64,000 nt of DNA from Alphaproteobacteria bacterium (GTDB lineage: Bacteria; Pseudomonadota; Alphaproteobacteria; GCA-2731375), in the NCBI GenBank assembly GCA_965232515.1, contig CBDDPY010000002.1:6880001-6944000 (forward strand), written 5' to 3'. The number at the start of each line of letters is the position of its first letter. The first letter of the stretch is position 1. The translations under genes were made by a program, and so were the position numbers. Shown piece after piece: positions 1-8,984 of this stretch. Below the pieces are notes generated by a model. It saw only the letters and a list, made by a program, of their open reading frames with translations, made no database searches and was not told the origin of the DNA.

Positions 1-102
1 GGATCTCTGAGCTTTGGACAAAAACGGTTGGGTGTTGTTTGACAACTGTCATCCGACCTTCAACTCCTGAAGACGCCGCCGTCTTCGTTTCTCTTCCCAC
101 TG

Positions 103-179
103 TCAGGTATCGGGGATCAGGGATCGGGCATCGACCGCACGTGGTTGCGGATGCCCGATCCCTGATCCCCGTCCCCTGA
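103..179. repeat. Heptamer-periodic inverted repeat hairpin in 16S-23S ITS
   Basis: Left arm TCAGGTATCGGGGATCAGGGATCGGGCATC (103-132) is the near-exact reverse complement of GATGCCCGATCCCTGATCCCCGTCCCCTGA (150-179); 7-nt period. Confidence 0.9.
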
Positions 180-182
180 TCT

Positions 183-259
<77 letters not shown>

Positions 260-337
260 ATCGGGTGTCAGGCGTCAGGGATCGGGCATCGGCGATATGT
301 GTTGCCGATTCCTGTCACCGGATCCCCGAAACCCGGT
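260..337. repeat. Degenerate heptamer inverted repeat between tRNA-Ile and tRNA-Ala
   Basis: Forward run ATCGGGTGTCAGGCGTCAGGGATCGGGCATCGGC followed by reverse run GCCGATTCCTGTCACCGGATCCCCGAAACCCGG. Confidence 0.75.
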
Positions 338-339
338 TC

Positions 340-415
340 GGGGCTGTAGCTCAGTTGGGAGAGCGCCTGCTTTGCAAGCAGGAGGTCATCGGTTCGATCC
401 CGTTCAGCTCCACCA
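340..415 (+). tRNA. tRNA-Ala(TGC)
   Basis: GGGGCTGTAGCTCAG...TTTGCAA loop...GGTTCGATCC...CTCCACCA; 76 nt. Confidence 0.98.
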
Positions 416-434
416 AGGCGCGCCTGCGGCGCGC

Positions 435-844
435 CAGGGATCAGGTATCGGGGATCAGGCATCAGGGTCCAGGGATCGGATGTCAGTTGTCAGCGGTTGG
501 TTGTCGGGTTGGTCCGATGCCTGAGCGCTGAGATCTGTCATCTGTTTATCGTTGTTTTGACGGAAACGTTTTTTGACATTGTGAAGAGGGTTCTAACCGA
601 CGAAGTGGATTGTCGGGCAGGGACGTTGCGTCCCGGGTTTATCGGTTTATCCGATCCCCGAGACCTGATCCCCGATGCCCGAAGGATCCGCTTCGACTGA
701 TCTGGAAATTTTGTTCTTCACGAGAGCTTGGAATCCGGGTCTGGGGTTCTGCATCTGCCGGTCTTGGTGGTTGGTTATCTGACTTCTGATACCTGACTTC
801 CGACATCTGCTTTTGATGCCTGATTCCCGATCCCTGATCTCTGG
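435..844. repeat. Heptamer tandem runs in distal ITS (forward 435-493; reverse 513-544, 649-682, 777-844)
   Basis: CAGGGAT CAGGTAT CGGGGAT CAGGCAT CAGGGTC CAGGGAT CGGATGT CAGTTGT and complementary CCCTGAT/CCCCGAT/ACCTGAT runs. Confidence 0.85.
568..586 (+). promoter_or_regulatory. boxA-like rrn antitermination element
   Basis: GTTTTTTGACATTGTGAA upstream of 23S resembles the spacer boxA (TCTTTGACA-like). Confidence 0.45.
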
Positions 845-1379
845 GTTTTAGTGACGATCAAGCGTCTTAAGGGCATTTGGTGGATGCCTTGGCACCGAGA
901 GGCGATGAAGGACGTGGTAGGCTGCGAAAAGCCGCGGGGAGCTGCCAGCAAGCTTTGATCCGTGGATCTCCGAATGGGGAAACCCGGCCCGTAAGGGTCA
1001 TCGTTGTCTGAATCCATAGGGCAGCGAGGCGAACCCGGCGAACTGAAACATCTCAGTAGCCGGAGGAAAGGACATCAACCGAGACTCCGCTAGTAGTGGC
1101 GAGCGAACGCGGACCAGGCCAGTGGCGATTGTCAGTGAACCGGAACGGTCTGGAAAGGCCGGCCGTAGTGGGTGATAGCCCCGTACGGGTAAAGCTGACA
1201 GGCGTCCTTGAGTAGGGCGGGACACGTGAAATCCTGCTTGAACATGGGGGGACCACCCTCCAAGCCTAAGTACTCCTCGGTGACCGATAGCGAACCAGTA
1301 CCGTGAGGGAAAGGTGAAAAGCACCCCGACGAGGGGAGTGAAACAGACCCTGAAACCGAATGCCTACAATCAGTGGGAG

Positions 1380-1668
1380 CCCGGTCTTCAAATCGCTTCG
1401 CGATTGGAAGACCTTTGTTGTTGCCGCTCGCGGCGGTCAGCGTTGCTGACGCCTCCGCGGGAGGCGCGCCAAAAGGCGCGGCGCGCGGTCGCGCTTGCCT
1501 CGCTTTAGCCCGTGTAAAGCTCGGAACTCCGAGCCGCGACGCGGCGAGGCAAGGCCAAGTGGCCGCCGGCCGGTCAGGCCGAACCAAGGCCGCGGATGCG
1601 GCCGCCCGGCGCCTGAGGGCAACAACAAAAACACGGTCTTCGAATGGCGGAGCCATTTGATGACCGGG
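1380..1668 (+). other. 23S intervening sequence 1 (helix 25), non-coding and highly structured
   Basis: Inserted between conserved CAGTGGGAGC and GTGACCGCGTACCTTTTGTATAATGGG, normally a short hairpin; closing stem CCCGGTC-TTCAAAT / ATTTGA-TGACCGGG. Confidence 0.9.
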
Positions 1669-2166
1669 TGACCGCGTACCTTTTGTATAATGGGTCAGCG
1701 AGTTGGTGTTGCGAGCGAGCTTAAGCCGTGAGGTGTAGGCGGAGCGAAAGCGAGTCTGAACAGGGCGCCTTAGTTCGTAGCATCAGACCCGAAACCGGGT
1801 GATCTAGCCATGTGCAGGTTGAAGGTGCGGTAACACGCACTGGAGGACCGAACCCACCGACGTTGAAAAGTCGGGGGATGACGTGTGGCTAGGGGTGAAA
1901 GGCCAAGCAAACCCGGAAATAGCTGGTTCTCCGCGAAAACTATTTAGGTAGTGCGTCGTGTCTGACCATCGGGGGTAGAGCACTGGATGGGCTAGGGGGG
2001 AGCGATCCTTACCAAACCTAACCAAACTCCGAATACCGATGAGTTCGAGCACGGCAGACAGACGGCGGGTGCTAAGGTCCGTCGTCGAAAGGGAAACAGC
2101 CCAGACCGCCAGCTAAGGTCCCGAAGTCGTGGCTAAGTGGGAAAGGATGTGGGAAGGCCAAAACAA

Positions 2167-2224
<58 letters not shown>

Positions 2225-2284
2225 TAAACAAGCCGGCCTGCGCCGAAGATGTACCGGGGCTCAAGCCACGCACCGAAGCTGCGG

Positions 2285-2718
2285 ATGTCAGGGATCAGTT
2301 ATCAGGTATCAGGGATCGGATGGTCGAACGGTTTGAAGACCTGGAGGTCTTCCAGCGGGCGTATCGCCTGTCGTTGGAGGTCCACCGGGCGAGCCTCGAC
2401 TTTCCGTCTCTAGAGCAACATGCGCTCGCCGACCAGGTTCGGCGGGCGTCGAAGTCGATTTGCGCCAACATTGCCGAAGGCTTTGGCCGTCAGGCGATGT
2501 CGGCGGCCGAGTTCAAGCGGTTTTTGCTGATCGCGCTCGGGTCGAGTGACGAGATGCGCGTTTGGGCGCGCTATTGTCTCGATCTCGGCTATATCGACGA
2601 CGATGTCTGGCAGCATTGGCGAGATGAATACCATGTCATCTCGAAGATGCTGCAGACCTTGCACAGGCGATCGGGTCCCCCATCCGATCCCTGATACCTG
2701 TTATCTGATCCCTGGCGT
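2285..2718 (+). mobile_element. 23S intervening sequence 2 (helix 45), ORF-bearing, with 39-bp heptamer-repeat arms
   Basis: Inserted between CACCGAAGCTGCGG and GGTAGCGGAGCGTTCC; arms 2285-2323 and 2680-2718 are reverse complements with 2 mismatches and 2 G-U pairs. Confidence 0.92.
2320..2694 (+). CDS. Four-helix-bundle protein (23S rRNA intervening-sequence protein family)
   Basis: 124 aa with family motifs FEDLEVFQRAY, DQVRRASKSICANIAEGFGR, FLLIALGSSDE, LGYI. Confidence 0.93.
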   Translation: MVERFEDLEVFQRAYRLSLEVHRASLDFPSLEQHALADQVRRASKSICANIAEGFGRQAMSAAEFKRFLLIALGSSDEMRVWARYCLDLGYIDDDVWQHWRDEYHVISKMLQTLHRRSGPPSDP

Positions 2719-2881
2719 GGTAGCGGAGCGTTCCGTAGGCCTGTGAAGGGATTGCCGCGAGGCGTCCTGGAGGTATCGGAAGAGCGAATGCTGACATGAG
2801 TAGCGAGATGAGTGTGAGAGACACTCACGCCGAAAGTCCAAGGGTTCCTGCGCAAGGCTAATCCGCGCAGGGTGAGCCGGC

Positions 2882-2914
<33 letters not shown>

Positions 2915-3243
2915 GAACGGGGTTAATATTCCCCGGCCTGGTGGAGGTGACGGATGCCGTAAGTTGTTCGCGTTTATTGGATTGCGCGGGCAGCGAAGGC
3001 GTCCCAGGAAATAGCCCCACCGTATAGACCGTACCCGAAACCGACACAGGTGGACAGGTAGAGCATACCAAGGCGCTTGAGAGAACGGTGCTGAAGGAAC
3101 TCGGCAAAATGCCTCCGTAACTTCGGGAGAAGGAGGCCCGGCTGTTGGGCAACCAGTGGTCGGGGGCACAGACCAGGGGGTGGCGACTGTTTACTAAAAA
3201 CACAGGGCTCTGCGAAGCCGCAAGGCGCGGTATAGGGTCTGAC

Positions 3244-3274
<31 letters not shown>

Positions 3275-3290
3275 GGTGCAAGCTTCGAAT

Positions 3291-3382
<92 letters not shown>

Positions 3383-3637
3383 CGACTTCCCCGCTGTCTC
3401 CAGCACCGACTCAGCGAAATTGAACTCTCCGTGAAGATGCGGAGTACCCGCGGTCAGACGGAAAGACCCCGTGCACCTTTACTACAGCTTTGCAGTGGTA
3501 TCAGGGATGGCATGTGTAGGATAGGTGGGAGCCTTTGAAGCGTTGGCGCCAGTCGACGTGGAGGCAGCCTTGAAATACCACCCTTGTGATCTCTGCTATC
3601 TAACCGCGGCCCGTTATCCGGGTCCGGGACCCTGCAT

Positions 3638-3668
<31 letters not shown>

Positions 3669-3810
3669 CAAAGAGTAACGGAGGCGCGCGAAGGTAGGCT
3701 CAAGCTGGTCGGAAATCAGCTGTTGAGTGCAATGGCATAAGCCTGCCTGACTGCGAGAGGGACACCTCGAGCAGAGACGAAAGTCGGTCATAGTGATCCG
3801 GTGGTCCCGC

Positions 3811-3864
<54 letters not shown>

Positions 3865-3893
3865 AACCCCCAAGAGTCCATATCGACGGGGTT

Positions 3894-3991
<98 letters not shown>

Positions 3992-4049
3992 GAACGTCGT
4001 GAGACAGTTCGGTCCCTATCTGCCGTGGGTGTTGGAGACTTGCGAGGCG

Positions 4050-4092
<43 letters not shown>

Positions 4093-4137
4093 GACCGGTT
4101 GTGGCGCCAGCCGCACTGCCGGGTAGCTATGTCCGGA

Positions 4138-4173
<36 letters not shown>

Positions 4174-4298
4174 TCCTCAAAACCAGGTCTCCCTTGAGAG
4201 CCGTGGAAGACCACCACGTCGATAGGCCGGAGGTGGACGCGCAGCAATGTGTGCAGCTAACCGGTACTAATCGCTCGATCGGCTTGATCGTCACATAT

Positions 4299-4458
4299 CC
4301 AGAGGTCAGGGATCGGGTATCAGGCATCGGATGCCTGTCCCCCGACCCCCGACCCCATCCTGCTGAAGAACAACAACCAGATCGTCGACCCGTCAGGCCC
4401 GGACGCAGGTGTCGGATACCATCCGATCCCTGATCCCCGATCCCTGACCCCTGATCTT
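4299..4458. repeat. Heptamer runs in 23S-5S spacer
   Basis: Forward CCAGAGGTCAGGGATCGGGTATCAGGCATC (4299-4328); reverse TCCGATCCCTGATCCCCGATCCCTGACCCCTGATCTT (4422-4458). Confidence 0.88.
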
Positions 4459-4462
4459 CGTC

Positions 4463-4580
4463 GGCCTGGTGGCTCTAGCGAGGGGCCCGCACCCGATCCC
4501 ATCCCGAACTCGGCCGTGAAAACCCTCAGCGCCGATGGTACTGCGTCTTAAGGCGTGGGAGAGTAGGTCGCCGCCAGGCC
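4463..4580 (+). rRNA. rrf: 5S rRNA
   Basis: GGCCTGGTGGC...CCCGATCCCATCCCGAACTCGG...GATGGTACT...GAGAGTAGGTCGCCGCCAGGCC; ends approximate. Confidence 0.97.
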
Positions 4581-4584
4581 TACC

Positions 4585-4757
4585 AAGACCAGAGGTCAGG
4601 GATCAGGCATCGGGGATCGGAGAACAAACCAACCAACAACAAAACCAACACCCGCGCCGGCAGCACACACAACCGAACCCTCTTCGCAATCATGTCGCAA
4701 AAACAAGAACGGGCGGCGGCCCGATCCGATCCCGGATCCCCGTCCCCCGATCCCCGA
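4585..4757. repeat. Heptamer runs in 5S-tRNA-fMet spacer
   Basis: Forward AAGACCAGAGGTCAGGGATCAGGCATCGGGGATCGGA (4585-4621); reverse CCGATCCCGGATCCCCGTCCCCCGATCCCCGA ending at 4757. Confidence 0.85.
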
Positions 4758-4761
4758 CAAC

Positions 4762-4839
<78 letters not shown>

Positions 4840-4867
4840 ATTTTTCTTTGAAATCAATAAATTAGAA

Positions 4868-4899
4868 GAGAGGCTCGCTTATGAACAAGCGAGCCTCTC
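4868..4899. terminator. Probable rrn intrinsic terminator hairpin
   Basis: Perfect 13-bp stem GAGAGGCTCGCTT / AAGCGAGCCTCTC with 6-nt loop and AT-rich flanks. Confidence 0.7.
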
Positions 4900-5477
4900 A
4901 AAATTTATAGCATATTTATAGCAAGCTGAAATGAAGCCACGAGCGGTTCAAGAGCACTTCCGGTGCCTCTTGCCCATGTCGATTTTGGATGCACCGATCC
5001 GGCCGCCGCAGAAAAAATGTTCAACTTAGGCGGAGCCGTAACGTCGACTATCAGTGAGAGGCTATCGGCATTGCCGCCGCCAGACTTCCCGTCCGGCGGC
5101 CCGAAAAACTCGGTACAGCCTTATCTCGTATTCCGGTTATCTGCGACGATCCGTCTTCCGGCCAAAAAACAGGTAGAAGTGCCGAGGATTGAACTACATG
5201 TCCTCATCACCCCTGCAAGTCTGTTGGCCAACCTTGTGGGCCTGCTCTTAATGTTGTCGCGGTTGTGCCCGAGGCACGATCCGTAATCTCAGATTACGTT
5301 GGTCGGAGCCTTGATCTGATTGCATGATTCAACGAATTTCGGGATGGCGAGTCGAGCGATAAGTTGTTGTCCGCCAAGCTGAAACAAACAGAATCCGAAC
5401 CATAGACCAAGGGTTCTCCGTCCATAGATCACAGGTTCGGATTATGCGGCGCATTGGCAACCAAATTAGATTGCAAC

Positions 5478-5532
5478 GAGCGACTGCCTCCTAAGCGGTA
5501 GGTCGGAGGTTCGAATCCTCCCGGGGTCGCCA
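5478..5532 (+). pseudogene. 3' fragment of tRNA-Arg(CCT), att-site-like
   Basis: Anticodon stem-loop ACTGC-CTCCTAA-GCGGT, T arm GGAGGTTCGAATCCTCC, 3' CGGGGTCGCCA; no 5' acceptor strand or D arm upstream. Confidence 0.85.
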
Positions 5533-5859
5533 TTCTTCGAGGGTCCGTGCAGCGACACCTTGTTCTTCGTCACGCCTTCGGGCCTTGGCTTTAAACCCAC
5601 TTCGCGCTGTTGCCAACGCTATTCTCGGCCACGGTGCGGCTTGGTCGACCGACATCAAGCTCGCAGCAATCCGCGAAGTCGCTCAACGCGGGTGCTCTGT
5701 TCTTGTTTGCAGTCGCAGCGTATACGTAGGAGAGCAGGTAATGATCATTTGATACGCTGCGGATCAGCATCTGCGTGGCTGCCCCTAAACAAAGTTAATT
5801 GGCTAAGCGGTAAGACATGCCAGATTTAGTGTATGTTCGGACAGACACCGGTTACTGGC

Positions 5860-6237
5860 CTATAGTTGGAATACCGAGCCAACACGCTTGCAGCCGAGTT
5901 TTTCGTAGTACAGGTCCTCGTCAGATAAGACGTAAACGACTTGATCTAAATGGTCTTGCGTTAGCTCTTTTAGCAGCTCTTTCCCGTAGCCATTGTTTCT
6001 GAATGTCGGCGCTACATAGAGTTCGCTTACATAAACTCCGAAACCATCCACTAAAGCACGGAGATATCCGCACACCTCTCCTTGACTCTTGCAAATGTAT
6101 GTTTGGCTGCTCAGCAATGCGCTCTTGAAAACATCTACCGTGCCTGTATGTGTAAACGAGTTCCATTCTGGCTCTTTTTTTAGAAGAGCGATTAACTCAG
6201 ATTCGTATGTCTTATCGTATCTGAAAATGTTGCTCAT
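5860..6237 (-). CDS. GNAT family N-acetyltransferase
   Basis: ELYVAPTFRNNGYGKELL acetyl-CoA motif A and YYEKLG motif; start set at internal Met (MSNIFRY); AT-rich. Confidence 0.85.
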   Translation of the reverse strand: MSNIFRYDKTYESELIALLKKEPEWNSFTHTGTVDVFKSALLSSQTYICKSQGEVCGYLRALVDGFGVYVSELYVAPTFRNNGYGKELLKELTQDHLDQVVYVLSDEDLYYEKLGCKRVGSVFQL

Positions 6238-6650
6238 CAAGTCTCTCAAAAATTGGCGAACCCACAGCAGAGGACAGCAGTGTCCAAGGCTTTGAGGTGC
6301 GTTCCGCACGCTCTTGGACACTACGATGGAGGCCCGCATTGTGGAAGCCTTGCCGCTGCGCCTAGACCGGGCCGGCCGCATTGGGCTGGGTGTTTTGCGG
6401 CGCCTGGAAGGCTGTGCCTCTCACTGCATCCTGTTCGAATGCCGCTGATGGGCTGATGGTGTAGAAAAAGTCTTCTCTGAAGTAGGTTTGACCTGCTGTT
6501 TCAGTCGTCCCTAGGTAAAGGAGGCGACAGTGACGACGCACAGTAGTCGCGGCAGACCAGGATCTCGACCGGTCGCTGCAACCATAGCTGCGATCGTTCA
6601 CCAAGATAGGGGGCTTCTGGCAAGGCGGGCCAATCCGCAGCATCAACGAC

Positions 6651-7505
6651 ATGGACAACTTTGCGTTAATCTACAGGGTGTTCGGATCGCCAAGAGACTG
6701 TCTGAGACTGGAAAATGTACCTTTGTCAGCTCCGGGTGCGGGACAGCTACGGGTCACCATGTCGCTCGTACCGATCAATCCCTCAGATCTGATCCCAATC
6801 ACAGGTGCCTACTCGCATAGGATCACTCTTCCCCTCGTTGCCGGTTACGAAGGCGTTGGCCGCGTTATCGCCGCGCCTCAAGCGCATTCCCATCTGATAG
6901 GGCGGCGCGTTCTGCCATTGCGTTGTGCAGGGACTTGGCAAAATCATGTCGATTGTGATGCGACCCTTGCTATCCCGGTTCCCGAGAACATTGAGGATCA
7001 GGTTGCGGCCCGCGGCTACATCAATCCTTTGGCGGCTTTAACCATGTTGGACACTTGGCCAGTGGAAGGGAAGCGTGTGCTGCTCAGCGGGATTTTGTTC
7101 CTGGCGATCTTCGGTCGTGTCGAAGAGGCCGGTCCGCTCGCGTGGATCGTTCTTGGGCTTGTCCTCGGATGGCTGTTCGTCGCGCTGGTCAATATCAGTT
7201 GGCAACTCGTGCGGCTGAGCCGGTTTCGGGGGCCGCTGATCGTGATCACGCCAGAGGGGTTGGAGGACCATTGGGGCAAACGGCCGCGGATGCTGCGCTG
7301 GCGCGATATTCGGTCCTGCGGCTGGCGCAACGCGGCCTATTCACGGGCATTCAGGGTGGTGCCGAAGCGGCGATCGGTCGCGTACGTCGTGGGCCGGATA
7401 TTTGGCTCGCTGCGTCTGCGCTATCCCGAACGATACCTGTCCGTGCCGGCCGAAGAGATTTCCCAATTCATGACCGATCACGCGCCGGTGGATATTTCGG
7501 GATAG
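6651..7505 (+). pseudogene. Chimeric ORF: truncated MDR (quinone/enoyl reductase-like) N-terminus fused to a membrane-protein C-terminus
   Basis: PINPSDL, GYEGVG and INPLAA GroES-like MDR motifs end at GKRVLLSG (~7090) before the Rossmann motif; then unrelated hydrophobic sequence. Confidence 0.7.
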
Positions 7506-7620
7506 CTGTACAGGCGGGGTCAGAAGACTGGCGAAGGAGTGGTTCTGACAATTGAGGACCGAGGCCCTCAAAGAATTGCGCCTTTACCGTCGGGGCATCA
7601 CGTTAATTGACGGTCGTTTG

Positions 7621-7765
7621 GTGAACCACAGAGACACCGAGAACAAACTGGGTTTTCGGCGCGGCGCGCCAGATAACGTGCTTTTGGTTCTCGTTGACCT
7701 CTGTGTTCATGCCACTTACGCCCTCCCACCGGAACGACGCTTGGCACGAACGCCTCTGTAGTGAA
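7621..7765. repeat. Degenerate palindromic element with ACAGAG/ACCGAG 9-nt periodicity
   Basis: TGAACCACAGAGACACCGAGAAC vs GTTCTCGTTGACCTCTGTGTTCA, plus CCTCTGTAGTGAA; related to 18565-18600. Confidence 0.55.
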
Positions 7766-7792
7766 ATTCGTTTTCTCACCCCGAGGGCACAA

Positions 7793-7967
7793 GCAATTAC
7801 GGTTACTGTCCCCGGAACTAAGCCACCATTGCCGGCGGAGTTATGGTTACTGTCACCGGAATTATTGCCACTGCGATCAGGTGATCGGCCGCCGATGTCG
7901 ATAGCGCCCGAGACCGTGACGTCGCCCAGTTTGGAGCCGCCGTCGAAGGCGAGGACGGCGATATCAG
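7793..7967 (-). pseudogene. Deleted remnant copy of the PEP-CTERM gene at 16285-17484
   Basis: 7793-7880 matches 16245-16288 and 7886-7967 matches 17132-17260 with a 48-nt internal deletion. Confidence 0.85.
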
Positions 7968-7989
7968 GATGCCGCATTCCTGCGGTGCA

Positions 7990-8880
7990 TCAGTCCTTGG
8001 CCGCTTCGCCAACAAATTCGATCAGGCGCGAAATGATCGGATATTGCAGCGACGATCGCCTTACATACGCGCCGGCCGGAAATCTGCCGATCGGCGGCGA
8101 TGTGCGAACGACGCACAATCGATCCGTGTCCAGGACCGGCTTCAACTGAATGGGTACCGACATGACGTAGTCGGAATCCGCGACCACCTGAAACCCGAGC
8201 AGAAACGATGTGGTTTGCAGGACGAATTTCGGCGGCGGCAGGCCTTGCGACAAAAATTGGGCACGAATGATCTCCATCATGCCCCGATACTCGTTGACGG
8301 CGACCCACGAGACGTCGGTCAGATCCCGCAAACTGACTTTCGACTTCTCCGCAGCCGGATGATCGACCCGCACGATCAGCCCATGCTCGACCGTCGCCAG
8401 CGGGTGGAAGAGGACCTGATCACCATCGTCAAGATGTTCGATCGTGCCGAATGCGACGTCCAATTCGCCGTTGCGAAGCCGTGGCAGGTTGCGCGTGTTT
8501 CCGCCGGAAAACACATGGATGTCCGTATTTGGAAATTCGGCTCTCAGCCGCAGAACCGCCGCGCCGAGATAGAGCAGGTGGAAAAGCGGCCCGGCCCCGA
8601 TGTGTATTTCATCAAGATGATCTGATTTCTGCGATCTGACGTCCTCGAACCCCTGCAGATATTCGTGCTTGATCCGTTTGGCGTAAGGCAGCAACCGCCG
8701 CCCCGCCTGCGTCAGGGCGACACCACGCGGCAGTCTCTCGATCAGCCGGCAGTCATAAATTGCTTCGAGCTTCTGCAGCCGCTTTGTCAGGGTTGGCTGA
8801 CTGATGCAGAGCCGCTCCGCCGCCATGGTGATGTTCTCAAGCTCGGCGACGGTCAGAAAGGCGAGAAGATCCCGATCCAT
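7990..8880 (-). CDS. LysR family transcriptional regulator
   Basis: N-terminal HTH NITMAAERLCISQPTLTKRLQKLE; 296 aa; divergent from the sulfatase operon. Confidence 0.95.
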   Translation of the reverse strand: MDRDLLAFLTVAELENITMAAERLCISQPTLTKRLQKLEAIYDCRLIERLPRGVALTQAGRRLLPYAKRIKHEYLQGFEDVRSQKSDHLDEIHIGAGPLFHLLYLGAAVLRLRAEFPNTDIHVFSGGNTRNLPRLRNGELDVAFGTIEHLDDGDQVLFHPLATVEHGLIVRVDHPAAEKSKVSLRDLTDVSWVAVNEYRGMMEIIRAQFLSQGLPPPKFVLQTTSFLLGFQVVADSDYVMSVPIQLKPVLDTDRLCVVRTSPPIGRFPAGAYVRRSSLQYPIISRLIEFVGEAAKD

Positions 8881-8984
8881 TCATTTTCTCTATGGCTGAA
8901 GGTAAAATTTTTCAATTTTCGAATTTCTCGAAAGCCGATACGGTTTTCAAGCTGAAAGTGCCACCGGTTGAGGGCGTTACGCGT

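Noticed and set aside
2320-2694. Diversity-generating retroelement (Avd-like gene)
   Set aside because: No reverse transcriptase and no template/variable repeat pair in the window.
4963-5829. ORFs 4963-5286 and 5560-5829
   Set aside because: No recognisable motifs or RBS; likely junction debris.
5540-5860. attC site making the GNAT an integron cassette
   Set aside because: No convincing RYYYAAC...GTTRRRY pair with a complementary stem found by eye; no integrase.
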